This document shows, piece after piece, positions 45,269 to 55,061 of a stretch of DNA of 64,000 bases. Both the position numbers and the translations under genes were made by a program. Numbering within the stretch: position 1 is the first letter of the stretch; each line of letters opens with the position of its first letter. Location: positions 2,272,001 to 2,336,000 of the forward strand of contig OY970342.1 in assembly GCA_963717505.1 (NCBI GenBank). The letters are read 5' to 3'. This stretch comes from Candidatus Eiseniibacteriota bacterium. Lineage in GTDB: Bacteria > Eisenbacteria > RBG-16-71-46. Under the pieces are notes generated by a model. It had not been told where the DNA came from and did no database searches. It was given only the letters and a program-made list of their open reading frames with translations.

Positions 45269-47521
45269 GTGCGATTCGTCTACGTTGCGCTGATCCTCGC
45301 GGTCATTCTCGGGGTCGGTTCCTGGCTGTTCCTCGAGTGGCCGTTGTCGCGGCCCGCGGCGGAGTACGTTGGCAGCGCCGCATGCGCCGAATGCCACGCG
45401 ACCGAACACGCCGGCTGGCAGGGCTCGCAACATGCGGTCGCCATGCGCGAGGCTGCCGACAGCACGGTGCTCGGCGACTTCGACGACTCCCGGTACACCG
45501 CCGCAGGCGTGACTGCGGAGTTCTTTCGCCGCGACGGCAAGTTCTACGTGCGCACCGAGGGCGGCGACGGCCGACTCGCGGAATTCGAAGTCCGCTACAC
45601 GTTCGGGGTCGATCCGCTCCAGCAGTATCTCGTCGCGTTCCCCGGCGGTCGCCTGCAGGCGCTCGGGATCGCCTGGGACAGCCGACCGGACTCGGCCGGC
45701 GGCCAATGCTGGCTCAGGCTCGAGCCTGACGCCCGGCCCGGCGACCCGATCCACTGGACCGGAATCGATCAGAACTGGAACTACCAGTGTGCCGACTGCC
45801 ACTCGACCAACCTGCGCAAGGGCTACCACGCGGAAAGCGACTCGTTCGCCACCACCTGGTCCGAGGTCCACGTCGGCTGCGAGTCGTGTCATGGACCGGC
45901 GTCGAATCACCTGACCTGGGCGGCGCACGGCCGCGGTTGGCGGAAGTTCGACGGACCGGGGAAGGGCCTGACGGTACCGCTGGACGAACGTCGTGACGTC
46001 ACCTGGACGATTGACGCCGTCACCGGCAATGCCGCCCGCTCGACGGCGAGGGAAACTGAACGCGAACTCGAAGTGTGCGCGCGCTGTCATTCACGCCGCT
46101 CGCAGTTCTCCGATGACCATGCCGCGGGGGATTCGTACTACGATGCGTTTCGTCCGGCGCTGATCGAGCCCGGGCTCTACCACGCGGACGGACAACAGCG
46201 CGAAGAGGTCTACACCCACGGCTCGTTCCTGCAGAGCCGGATGAATGCCCAGGGCGTGACCTGTTCCGACTGCCACGATCCGCACACCCAACGGCTGCGG
46301 GCCGATGGCGACGCGGTGTGCGCGCCGTGCCACGCGCCGGCGAAGTACGAATCGGCCGCGCACCACCATCACCCGGAAGAGTCGGTGGGCGCGCGCTGTG
46401 TGTCCTGCCACATGCCGGCGACGACGTACATGCGAATCGATCCGCGCCGCGACCATTCCATTCGCATCCCGCGTCCGGATCGAACCGTGAGCCTCGGCAC
46501 CCCGAATGCGTGCAACGGCTGCCACGTCGATCTCACGCCCGAATGGGCCGCGACCCAGGTGCGCACCTGGTTCCCGAGCGCCAAGCCGGGTTACCAGATG
46601 TTCGCCGAAGCGTTTCATGCCGCGGACCAGCGGACGCCGGGCGCCGTAACCGGATTGCTGTCGGTGGTCGCGAACCGGGAGCTGCCGCCCCTGGTGCGGG
46701 CCAGCGCCCTCCAGCGTTTGGCGCCGGCATCGAGTCCGCGGGCGGTGGGTGCCGCGGTCGCCGGCCTTGCCGACGCGGACGCCAGCGTGCGTTTGGCGTC
46801 CGTCCATTCCCTGGCTTCGACCGAGGCAGAGACGCGCCTTCGACACCTGACGGGGTTGCTCGACGATCCGGCGCGGGTGGTGAGGATGGAAGCGGCACGC
46901 GGGTTGGCCGGTGTTCCCAAGCGCGGGCTGGTCGAGCGTGAACGCGGGTTGTTCGAGCGGGCACTCGAAGAGTGGATCGCTGCCGAGCGCTTCAACGCCG
47001 ATCGACCGGAGTCGCACGCCAATCTGGCCGGTCTCCATCGTGACCGCGGCCAGTTCGATCGGGCCGAGGCGGAGCTGGCTCGCGCGCTCGAGATCGACCC
47101 GACCTTCGAGCCCGCTGCGGTCAACCTCGCCGACCTGCTCGCCGAGCGGGGACGCGAGGCCGAAGCCGAAAGGAAGTTGCGCGAGTTCCTGGCGCGGCGG
47201 CCCGACGCCGCGGCCGCGCACCATGCGCTCGGACTGTCTCTGGTGCGCCAACGGCGAAACGACGAAGCGCTGCCCGCGCTCGAGACCGCGGCGCGCCTGG
47301 CGCCCGAGAATTCCCGATTCGCCTACGTCCTGGCGGTCGGTCTGCACGACGCCGGGCAGGTCGGGCGCGCGCGCAAAGTCCTCGAGGCGGCCCTGGTTCG
47401 CGAGCCGTACGACCGCGACCTGTTGACCGCACTCATCGCCTACGATCGCGCCGAAGGCCGCAACGCCGACGTCGAGCGTTGGTCGCGGCGACTACGCGAC
47501 CTGGAGGCGGCCGATCGCTAG
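45269..47521 (+). CDS. Multiheme (8x CxxCH) cytochrome c with HEAT and TPR repeats
   Basis: CAECH, CADCH, CESCH, CARCH, CSDCH, CAPCH, CVSCH, CNGCH; N-terminal TM; C-terminal helical repeats. Confidence 0.88.
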   Translation: MRFVYVALILAVILGVGSWLFLEWPLSRPAAEYVGSAACAECHATEHAGWQGSQHAVAMREAADSTVLGDFDDSRYTAAGVTAEFFRRDGKFYVRTEGGDGRLAEFEVRYTFGVDPLQQYLVAFPGGRLQALGIAWDSRPDSAGGQCWLRLEPDARPGDPIHWTGIDQNWNYQCADCHSTNLRKGYHAESDSFATTWSEVHVGCESCHGPASNHLTWAAHGRGWRKFDGPGKGLTVPLDERRDVTWTIDAVTGNAARSTARETERELEVCARCHSRRSQFSDDHAAGDSYYDAFRPALIEPGLYHADGQQREEVYTHGSFLQSRMNAQGVTCSDCHDPHTQRLRADGDAVCAPCHAPAKYESAAHHHHPEESVGARCVSCHMPATTYMRIDPRRDHSIRIPRPDRTVSLGTPNACNGCHVDLTPEWAATQVRTWFPSAKPGYQMFAEAFHAADQRTPGAVTGLLSVVANRELPPLVRASALQRLAPASSPRAVGAAVAGLADADASVRLASVHSLASTEAETRLRHLTGLLDDPARVVRMEAARGLAGVPKRGLVERERGLFERALEEWIAAERFNADRPESHANLAGLHRDRGQFDRAEAELARALEIDPTFEPAAVNLADLLAERGREAEAERKLREFLARRPDAAAAHHALGLSLVRQRRNDEALPALETAARLAPENSRFAYVLAVGLHDAGQVGRARKVLEAALVREPYDRDLLTALIAYDRAEGRNADVERWSRRLRDLEAADR

Positions 47522-48741
47522 GCGGCGAGCCCGGTCTGCGGCGGGTCGCCCGCGGCGGCCGCCGGCGCCGGACCGCGCAGCGCGCCAGCAGCCACGGCAA
47601 GCCATAGTCCGAGGGTCATCAGAAACGGCAGGTGGTGGGAGAGGAGCCCCTGAAGCGGATAGCTCGCCACCCGAGCCAGGCCTTGCATCGAGAGCAACAT
47701 CGCCACGAGCAGCGAGGCGGTCCGGCCGCCCGGAATCGACTGCGCAAAGTGAAGTACTGCGGGAATCGCGAGCAGATAGCCATAGGCCATCGGACGTGGC
47801 CAGAGCAACACGAAGAGCAGGGAAGCGCCCATCACCCAGTCGACCGGATCGCGCCGGCGCCAGGTACTCAGACACCAGGGAATGCTGAGCGCGATCAGCG
47901 CCACCACGTAGACGCTCCACGTCGTGAGTGCCCGGGGCCAGGCTTCACCGGCGCCAGTGGCGGACCACAGCGCCCAGGCCAGGGCGAGGGCTCCCGGATT
48001 CGCGTCTCCGGCGGGGAACGCGCGCGCCGCGTGAGTTGCGAAACCGCTCCAGCCCGCCGCCGGAGGCACCAGCGTCGGTCCGACCACGGTGAGGGTGAAC
48101 GCCAGCACCAGGGCGACCAACGATCGCGGGCGCGGGCGAACGCCATTCGCCGGCACCAGCAGGAGCGCGAGAAACGCGAGCGGCGCGATCTTGAAGATCG
48201 CCGCGACCGCGACCAGCACGCCGAACCTCGCGCGCTGGTGCCGGACGTAGCACGCGAACGCAAGCCAGAGCAGCGCGATCTCGAACATCGCGACGTTGCC
48301 GCTCCTCAGGTCCCACAGCAGTGCGGCGTTGAATCCGAACACGGCGGCCATCGCGAGTGGTAACCATTCGATCGCCGGCAGGAAGCGAATCCGCCACAGG
48401 AGGACCAGCGCGATCATCGCGGCGGCTTTGAGCGCGATCCACGCCCATAGCGCCACGGCGCCGGGTAGGGCTACGAATGGCAGGAAGGCGACGAGCGCCG
48501 CCGGCGGATAGACGAACGGCAGCTCGATCGGGCGGCCCGACACCGCGCGCAGGTTCTCGATCACGTAGGGGTCGAGGCCGCGCCACGCGCACTCGGCGGC
48601 GGCGAGATAGGTGCGGAAGTCCCACTGGAGTCGGACGTTCTTCGCCACGAACCCGGCGACGAAGACCGCGATCAGCGCGACGCCGATTGCGTAGACCCAG
48701 CGAATTCCGTCCCGTTGGCCTCCCTGCCCGGGCGCACTCAT
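47518..48741 (-). CDS. Glycosyltransferase family 87 (DUF2029) membrane protein
   Basis: DFRTY...GLDPY...PFVYPP, GNV, FKIAP motifs; multi-TM. Confidence 0.8.
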   Translation of the reverse strand: MSAPGQGGQRDGIRWVYAIGVALIAVFVAGFVAKNVRLQWDFRTYLAAAECAWRGLDPYVIENLRAVSGRPIELPFVYPPAALVAFLPFVALPGAVALWAWIALKAAAMIALVLLWRIRFLPAIEWLPLAMAAVFGFNAALLWDLRSGNVAMFEIALLWLAFACYVRHQRARFGVLVAVAAIFKIAPLAFLALLLVPANGVRPRPRSLVALVLAFTLTVVGPTLVPPAAGWSGFATHAARAFPAGDANPGALALAWALWSATGAGEAWPRALTTWSVYVVALIALSIPWCLSTWRRRDPVDWVMGASLLFVLLWPRPMAYGYLLAIPAVLHFAQSIPGGRTASLLVAMLLSMQGLARVASYPLQGLLSHHLPFLMTLGLWLAVAAGALRGPAPAAAAGDPPQTGLAA

Positions 48742-48807
48742 GCCGGCATGCTAGCGCAACTGCGCGCTGCCTTTACACGGACCCCGGGGGCACGCCAAAC
48801 TGGCGGC

Positions 48808-49530
48808 ATGGGACGCATCTTCGAAACCCGCAAGGCGGTGATGTTCGCCCGCTGGGACAAGATGTCGAAGGCCTTTGCCCGCATCGGCAAGGAAATCACG
48901 ATCGCGGTCAAGGCCGGAGGCCCGATCCCCGAGAACAACCCGTCGCTGCGACGCGTCATGCAGAACGCGCGCGCGATCAACATGCCCAAGGACAAGGTCG
49001 AGGCCGCGATCAAGCGGGCCTCGGGGCAGGGCGGGGCCGCCTACGAAGAAGTTCTCTACGAAGGCTACGCGCCACACGGCATCGCCATGATCATCGAGAC
49101 GGCAACCGACAATCCCGTGCGCACCGTCGGGAACATTCGCGCGCACATGAACAAGTACGGCGGCAACCTCGGCTCGAACGGCAGCGTCAGCTTCCAGTTC
49201 AAGCACATGGGTGTGTTCCGACTCAATCCCGCCGGGATCGATGCCGAAACGCTCGAGTTCGACCTGATCGACCACGGCCTCGAGGAGATGGGTGAGAGCA
49301 CCGGCGAGAAAGGCGAGCCGCAACTGGTGATTCGGTGTGCCTTCCCCGATTTCGGGCGGCTGCAGAAGGCGATCGAAGATCGCAAGATCACGCCACTGTC
49401 GGCGGAATCCGAATACGTGCCTCAGACGCTGACGACGCTCGCCGAGGACAAGGCCACCGAGGTCCTGCAACTGGTCGACAAGCTCGAGCAGGACGAGGAC
49501 GTACAGAAGGTGTTCCACAACCTGGGCTGA
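48808..49530 (+). CDS. yebC: YebC/PmpR family protein
   Basis: [39 protein letters not shown]. Confidence 0.93.
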   Translation: MGRIFETRKAVMFARWDKMSKAFARIGKEITIAVKAGGPIPENNPSLRRVMQNARAINMPKDKVEAAIKRASGQGGAAYEEVLYEGYAPHGIAMIIETATDNPVRTVGNIRAHMNKYGGNLGSNGSVSFQFKHMGVFRLNPAGIDAETLEFDLIDHGLEEMGESTGEKGEPQLVIRCAFPDFGRLQKAIEDRKITPLSAESEYVPQTLTTLAEDKATEVLQLVDKLEQDEDVQKVFHNLG

Positions 49531-49551
49531 ACACGGGCGGCCGCCGGTGCC

Positions 49552-49570
49552 TTGATACCGTCCTGATACC
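49552..49570 (+). promoter_or_regulatory. Putative KdpE binding site (11-bp-period direct repeat)
   Basis: TTGATACC-gtc-CTGATACC upstream of the kdp operon; OmpR-family spacing, resembles KdpE boxes. Confidence 0.55.
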
Positions 49571-49646
49571 CCCGGCGCGTTTCCCGACGCGCTGCTGACG
49601 GCCGACTGTGATCCAATGCCGTGGCGCCCAAGGAGGGCGCGATCGC

Positions 49647-49739
49647 ATGTCGGATCTCCTGATTCTCGGTTTCATCGCGCTGCTGGCGGTGTCGCTCGCC
49701 GTCCTGGTCCGCGTTTGCGACTCGGTGCGGACGAAATGA
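49647..49739 (+). CDS. 30-aa single-TM peptide upstream of kdpF (accessory Kdp peptide)
   Basis: AAGGAGG RBS; MSDLLILGFIALLAVSLAVLVRVCDSVRTK; ATGA overlap with kdpF. Confidence 0.7.
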   Translation: MSDLLILGFIALLAVSLAVLVRVCDSVRTK

Positions 49740-49828
49740 ACGTCGCCTACGTCGTCGCCGCGGTCTTGGCGCTCCTGCTCGCCGTCTACCTGACCCTCGC
49801 GCTGCTCAAGCCTGAATGGTTCGAGTGA
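49736..49828 (+). CDS. kdpF: K+-transporting ATPase subunit F
   Basis: MNVAYVVAAVLALLLAVYLTLALLKPEWFE with the YL..ALLxPExF signature. Confidence 0.9.
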   Translation: MNVAYVVAAVLALLLAVYLTLALLKPEWFE

Positions 49829-49841
49829 GGGCCTCACGATC

Positions 49842-51593
49842 ATGACCCCTTACGCTTGGACTTATCTCGCCGCCTACCTGCTCGCCCTGGTGGTCCTGGG
49901 CTGGCCGCTCGGCCTCTACATGGCTGCCGTGCTCGAGGGCCGGCGCACGTTCCTGACCCCAGTGCTCGGCCCGATCGAGCGGATGTGCTACCGGGTCGCC
50001 GGAGTCTCGCCCGAGCGGGAGATGACCTGGAAGGGCTACGCGCTGGCGGTGCTGGCGTTCAATGTGTTCGGCCTGCTCGCGGTCTACCTGCTGCAGCGCG
50101 CTCAGGGATGGCTGCCCCTGAATCCCGCGCACCTCGGCGCGGTCTCGACAGATTCTTCGATCAACACCGCCATCAGCTTCGCGACCAACACCAACTGGCA
50201 GGGCTATGCCGGTGAGGTCACCCTCAGCTACATGACCCAGATGCTGGGGCTCGCGGTCCAGAACTTCGTCTCGGCGGCCTCCGGCATCGCCGTGCTCGCG
50301 GCCTTGATCCGCGGGCTCACGCGCAAGAGCTCGGAGACCGTCGGCAACTTCTGGGCCGACCTGGTGCGCAGCACGGTCTACATCATGCTGCCGCTATCCC
50401 TGGTGCTGGCCCTGGCCCTGGTGTCACAGGGAGTCGTGCAGACGTTCAACGGCCCGCGCACGGCCACGTTGGTCGAGGCCACGGTGGATGGCGAAGGCAA
50501 GGCGGTGACGGAGCAGACGCTCCCCCTGGGTCCGGCCGCATCGCAGATCGCGGTCAAGCAGCTGGGCACCAACGGCGGCGGATACTACAACGTCAATTCC
50601 GCGCACCCGTTCGAGAACCCGACGCCATTCTCCAATTTCCTCGAGCTGTTCGCGATCCTGATCATTCCGGCCGGTCTGTGTTTCACATTCGGCAGCATGG
50701 TCGGCGACGCCCGTCAGGGCTGGGCGGTGTTCATCGCCATGACCTTGATCTTCGTCGCGGCCGCGGTGCCGTGCATGTGGCTCGAGGAGGCCGGCAATCC
50801 ACGCCTCGAAGCACTCGGAGTCGACGCTGCGCCGTCCGAAGTCCAGCCCGGCGGCAACATGGAAGGCAAGGAAGTCCGGTTCGGTCCGGCGGCCTCGGCG
50901 CTATGGGCGACGGCAACCACCGCCGCCTCCAACGGCTCGGTCAACTCGATGCACGATTCGTTCACGCCGCTCGGCGGCATGGTTCCGATGGTGCTCATGC
51001 AGCTCGGTGAGGTGGTCTACGGCGGCGTCGGATCGGGACTCTACGGCATGCTGATCTTCGTGTTCGTCGCGGTGTTCGTTGCCGGGCTCATGGTCGGCCG
51101 CACCCCGGAATACCTGGGCAAGAAGATCGAAGCCTACGAGATGAAGATGTCGGCGCTGGTGATCCTGATTCCGCCGGCGCTGGTGCTGCTGGGCGCCGCC
51201 GTCGCGGTCGCCGCGGCCGCCGGGCGGGCCACGATCTTCAACCCCGGGGTCCACGGCTTCAGCGAAGTGCTGTACGCGTTCTCGTCGGCGGCCAACAACA
51301 ACGGCAGCGCGTTCGCGGGGCTCGGGGCCAACACGCCCTTTTACAACCTGACCCTCGGGATCGCCATGTTCTTCGCCCGCTACGCGCTGATGGTGCCGGT
51401 GCTGGCGCTGGCCGGGTCGCTGGCGGCCAAGAAGAAGGTTCCAGCCGGGCCGGGCACGCTGCCGACCCACACGCCGCTGTTCATCGGCCTGATCGTCGGC
51501 GTCGTCCTGATCGTGGGCGCGCTGACCTTCTTCCCGGCACTCGCGGTCGGGCCGATCGTCGAGCACTTGATGATGAATGGAGCTACGCGATGA
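49842..51593 (+). CDS. kdpA: K+-transporting ATPase subunit A
   Basis: [40 protein letters not shown]. Confidence 0.97.
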   Translation: MTPYAWTYLAAYLLALVVLGWPLGLYMAAVLEGRRTFLTPVLGPIERMCYRVAGVSPEREMTWKGYALAVLAFNVFGLLAVYLLQRAQGWLPLNPAHLGAVSTDSSINTAISFATNTNWQGYAGEVTLSYMTQMLGLAVQNFVSAASGIAVLAALIRGLTRKSSETVGNFWADLVRSTVYIMLPLSLVLALALVSQGVVQTFNGPRTATLVEATVDGEGKAVTEQTLPLGPAASQIAVKQLGTNGGGYYNVNSAHPFENPTPFSNFLELFAILIIPAGLCFTFGSMVGDARQGWAVFIAMTLIFVAAAVPCMWLEEAGNPRLEALGVDAAPSEVQPGGNMEGKEVRFGPAASALWATATTAASNGSVNSMHDSFTPLGGMVPMVLMQLGEVVYGGVGSGLYGMLIFVFVAVFVAGLMVGRTPEYLGKKIEAYEMKMSALVILIPPALVLLGAAVAVAAAAGRATIFNPGVHGFSEVLYAFSSAANNNGSAFAGLGANTPFYNLTLGIAMFFARYALMVPVLALAGSLAAKKKVPAGPGTLPTHTPLFIGLIVGVVLIVGALTFFPALAVGPIVEHLMMNGATR

Positions 51594-53659
51594 GCGAGAA
51601 AGCCACCAAACCCTGGTTCGACCGTCGTCTGCTCGGCCGCGCCTCGTGGGACGCGGTGCTCAAGCTCGACCCGCGCCGCCAGCTGCGCAACCCGGTGATG
51701 TTCACGGTGCTGATCGGAAGCGTGTTCACCACCGGCCTGGGCATTCAGGCGGTGGTGTCGCAGGGCGAGGCTCCGGCGTCGTTCATCTTCGGGGTCTCGG
51801 CCTGGTTGTGGTTCACGCTGCTGTTCGCCAACTTCGCCGAGGCGGTCGCCGAAGGCCGCGGCAAGGCGCACGCCGACGCTCTGCGCCGCGCCCGCGGCGA
51901 CGTCATGGCCAAGAAGCTGGACGATCCGACCGACCAGAACGCGATCCAGGTGGTGCCGGCCGGCATCCTTCGGGTCGGCGACTACGTCATCGTCCACCCC
52001 CGCGACGTCATCCCCTGTGACGGCGAGGTGACCGAGGGTGTGGCTTCGGTCGACGAGAGCGCAATCACCGGCGAGAGCGCCCCCGTGATCCGCGAGAGCG
52101 GCGGCGACCGCAGTTCGGTCACCGGCGGCACCCGGGTGCTGTCCGACTGGCTGGTGATCCGCGTGACGGCGAACCCGGGCGAATCGTTCCTCGACCGGAT
52201 GATCGCCATGGTCGAGGGCGCCAAGCGCCGCAAGACCCCGAACGAAATCGCACTCGACATTCTGCTCGCGGCGTTGACCCTGATCTTCCTGCTCGCGGTG
52301 TTCACGCTGCTGCCGTTCTCGGTGTTCGGCGTGCATGCGGTGGGGCACGGGGCACCGGTGACGCTCACCGTCCTGGTCGCGTTGCTCGTCTGCCTGATCC
52401 CGACCACGATCGGCGGGTTGCTGTCGGCGATCGGCATCGCCGGCATGGACCGCATGGCGCAGGCCAACGTGATCGCCATGTCCGGCCGCGCGGTCGAGGC
52501 GGCCGGCGACGTGGACGTGTTGCTGCTCGACAAGACCGGAACCATCACGCTCGGAAATCGCCAGGCGACCGCGTTCCTGCCGGCGCACGGCATCGAAGCC
52601 GAGGCGCTGGCCGACGCGGCGCAGCTCGCCTCGCTGGCCGACGAAACGCCGGAAGGGCGGAGCATCGTCGTACTGGCCAAGGAGCGTCATGGCCTGCGGG
52701 AGCGCGACGTTCATGCGCTCGGCGCCGCGTTCATTCCGTTCTCGGCCCAGACCCGGATGAGCGGCGTCGACCTCGATGGCCGCCGGATCCGCAAGGGGGC
52801 CGCCGAGGCGGTGGAAACCTGGGTCAAGAGCCAGGGTGGGACGCTGCCCGAAGAAGTGCGGCGTGGCGTCGACGATGTCGCGCGGCGCGGCTCGACCCCG
52901 CTGGTGGTCGCCGATGCCTCGCGGGTACTCGGCGTGATCGAGCTCAAGGACGTGGTCAAGGGCGGCATTCGCGAACGCTTCGCCCAGCTGCGGCGCATGG
53001 GCATCAAGACGGTGATGATCACCGGCGACAACGCGCTGACCGCCGCGGCGATCGCCGCCGAGGCCGGGGTCGACGACTTCCTGGCCGAGGCCACGCCCGA
53101 AGCCAAGCTGCGGCTGATCCGCCAGCACCAGGCCGGCGGCCGGTTGGTGGCGATGACCGGCGACGGCACCAACGACGCGCCCGCGCTCGCCCAGGCAGAC
53201 GTCGCGGTCGCGATGAACACCGGCACCCAGGCCGCCAAGGAAGCCGGCAACATGGTCGACCTCGATTCCAATCCGACCAAGTTGATCCAGGTGGTCGAGA
53301 CCGGGAAGCAGCTGCTCATGACCCGCGGCGCGATCACCACGTTCAGCATCGCCAACGACGTCGCCAAGTACTTCGCGATCCTGCCGGCGGCATTCGTTGT
53401 GACCTTCCCGGAGCTCGGGGCCCTGAATGTCATGAATCTGGCCACGCCGCAGAGTGCCGTGATGTCGGCGCTGATCTTCAACGCCCTGATCATCGTCGCC
53501 CTGATTCCGCTCGCGCTGCGCGGCGTCCGCTACCGGCCGCTCGGAGCGCAGACCGTGCTGCAGCGCCACCTGTTGATCTACGGCGTCGGCGGCCTGATCG
53601 CGCCGTTCGCCGGCATCAAGCTGATCGACCTGCTGCTGGTCGGGCTCAAGCTGACCTAG
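51590..53659 (+). CDS. kdpB: K+-transporting ATPase subunit B
   Basis: [31 protein letters not shown]. Confidence 0.97.
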   Translation: MSEKATKPWFDRRLLGRASWDAVLKLDPRRQLRNPVMFTVLIGSVFTTGLGIQAVVSQGEAPASFIFGVSAWLWFTLLFANFAEAVAEGRGKAHADALRRARGDVMAKKLDDPTDQNAIQVVPAGILRVGDYVIVHPRDVIPCDGEVTEGVASVDESAITGESAPVIRESGGDRSSVTGGTRVLSDWLVIRVTANPGESFLDRMIAMVEGAKRRKTPNEIALDILLAALTLIFLLAVFTLLPFSVFGVHAVGHGAPVTLTVLVALLVCLIPTTIGGLLSAIGIAGMDRMAQANVIAMSGRAVEAAGDVDVLLLDKTGTITLGNRQATAFLPAHGIEAEALADAAQLASLADETPEGRSIVVLAKERHGLRERDVHALGAAFIPFSAQTRMSGVDLDGRRIRKGAAEAVETWVKSQGGTLPEEVRRGVDDVARRGSTPLVVADASRVLGVIELKDVVKGGIRERFAQLRRMGIKTVMITGDNALTAAAIAAEAGVDDFLAEATPEAKLRLIRQHQAGGRLVAMTGDGTNDAPALAQADVAVAMNTGTQAAKEAGNMVDLDSNPTKLIQVVETGKQLLMTRGAITTFSIANDVAKYFAILPAAFVVTFPELGALNVMNLATPQSAVMSALIFNALIIVALIPLALRGVRYRPLGAQTVLQRHLLIYGVGGLIAPFAGIKLIDLLLVGLKLT

Positions 53660-53669
53660 GAGGAGCCGA

Positions 53670-54246
53670 ATGTCGTCGTTCGTTCCCGCGCTGCGCATGC
53701 TGGTCGCCCTGACGCTGTTGACCGGTGTGCTCTACCCGCTGGCGGTCACCGGCCTCGCGCAGCTGTTGTTCCGGCGCCAGGCGGAGGGCAGCCTGGTGGA
53801 GCAGGGCGGCAAGGTGGTCGGCTCGAGTCTGATCGGACAACCGTTCACCTCGCCCGGTTACTTCTGGAGCCGGCCTTCGGCGACCGGGCCGTTCCCGTAC
53901 AACGCCGGGCTGTCGTCGGGCTCGAACCTGCGGCCCGATCCATCCGGATCTCGCTTCCTCCGTGCAGGCGCGGGTCGCGGCGTTGCGGGCCGCGGATTCC
54001 ACGCTCACCGGTCCGGTGCCGGTGGACCTGGTCACCGCTTCGGGGAGCGGACTCGATCCGCACATCAGCGTGGCCGCGGCGAGGATTCAGGCGCCGCGGG
54101 TCGCGCACGCGCGCGGACTCGGCGAGGACGCCGTCCAGGCCCTGGTCGATCGCTACACGACAGGCCGCACCATCGGATTGCTCGGTGATCCGGTGGTCCG
54201 CGTGCTCGAACTGAACCTGGCTCTCGACAAGCGGGAACTGAAGTGA
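53670..54246 (+). pseudogene. kdpC: K+-transporting ATPase subunit C, +1 frameshift near 53931 (real lesion or assembly error)
   Basis: N-half YPLAVTG...YFWSRPSA...SSGSNL in one frame; C-half GPIHPDL...[18 protein letters not shown]...VLELNLALD in the next; span 577 nt = 192 codons + 1. Confidence 0.88.
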
Positions 54247-54998
54247 AACGCCATGCCGTTCTGATGTTGGCGCTGCTCCTGCCGGCGGCGGCGCACGCCA
54301 CGCCGTCCACGGTGTTTTGGGCGCCGTCGACACCGTACGTGCAGCCGTTCGGCAAGCTCCACGTGACCTACGACACCTATTTCGGAAGCGAGGCGCTCTA
54401 CCCGGTCGACGCCGGGCTGACGATCGGTGTCCTGCCCTGGCCCAAGTTCCAGGCGGAGGTCGGCTTCGATGTCTTCTACCCAACCTACAGCAGCGGCGAG
54501 CCCATGGATGCGCCAGTCCTGCTCAATGCCAAGGTCGGATCCCCGGAGGGGGCGTTGTTCGAGAGGTCGCCGGGCTGGTCGGCGGGCGTCGCCCTGGTCG
54601 GCTTCGAAGAGAACGTCACCGACTACAACATGGGCCATTTGATGCTGGGCATGACCTTCCCGCGGATCGGCACGTTGTCGGCGGGCGGCTACTATGGTGG
54701 CAACGAGAACCTGTACTTCTCCTCGACCGGCGACGAGCAGCGGTCGGGCTTCATGGGCGGCTGGATGTCGCCCGCCATCGACGTGCCGAGCATCGACAAG
54801 ATCATGCTGTGCTGGGACATCCAGACCGGAGAAAACGTCCTCGGGGCGACCGGCGGCGGCGTCTACGTCTACTTCACTCCCGACATCGATCTCATCATGG
54901 GGCCGGTGTTCTTCTTCGACGAGGCTTTGCAGCCGGGGGGATCGAGCTGGATGTGGACCCTCCAGTTCGACGCGGACCTCGACCTGTTCGCCCCTTAA
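54243..54998 (+). CDS. Secreted / putative outer membrane beta-barrel protein within the kdp operon
   Basis: Signal peptide [19 protein letters not shown]; aromatic/Gly-rich amphipathic strands; GTGA-coupled to kdpC. Confidence 0.65.
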   Translation: MKRHAVLMLALLLPAAAHATPSTVFWAPSTPYVQPFGKLHVTYDTYFGSEALYPVDAGLTIGVLPWPKFQAEVGFDVFYPTYSSGEPMDAPVLLNAKVGSPEGALFERSPGWSAGVALVGFEENVTDYNMGHLMLGMTFPRIGTLSAGGYYGGNENLYFSSTGDEQRSGFMGGWMSPAIDVPSIDKIMLCWDIQTGENVLGATGGGVYVYFTPDIDLIMGPVFFFDEALQPGGSSWMWTLQFDADLDLFAP

Positions 54999-55061
54999 GG
55001 CTTCAGGCATATAAACTCACGGTCGCGCGTGTTTTCCCGACGCAGACCGTGAGGACTGTCC

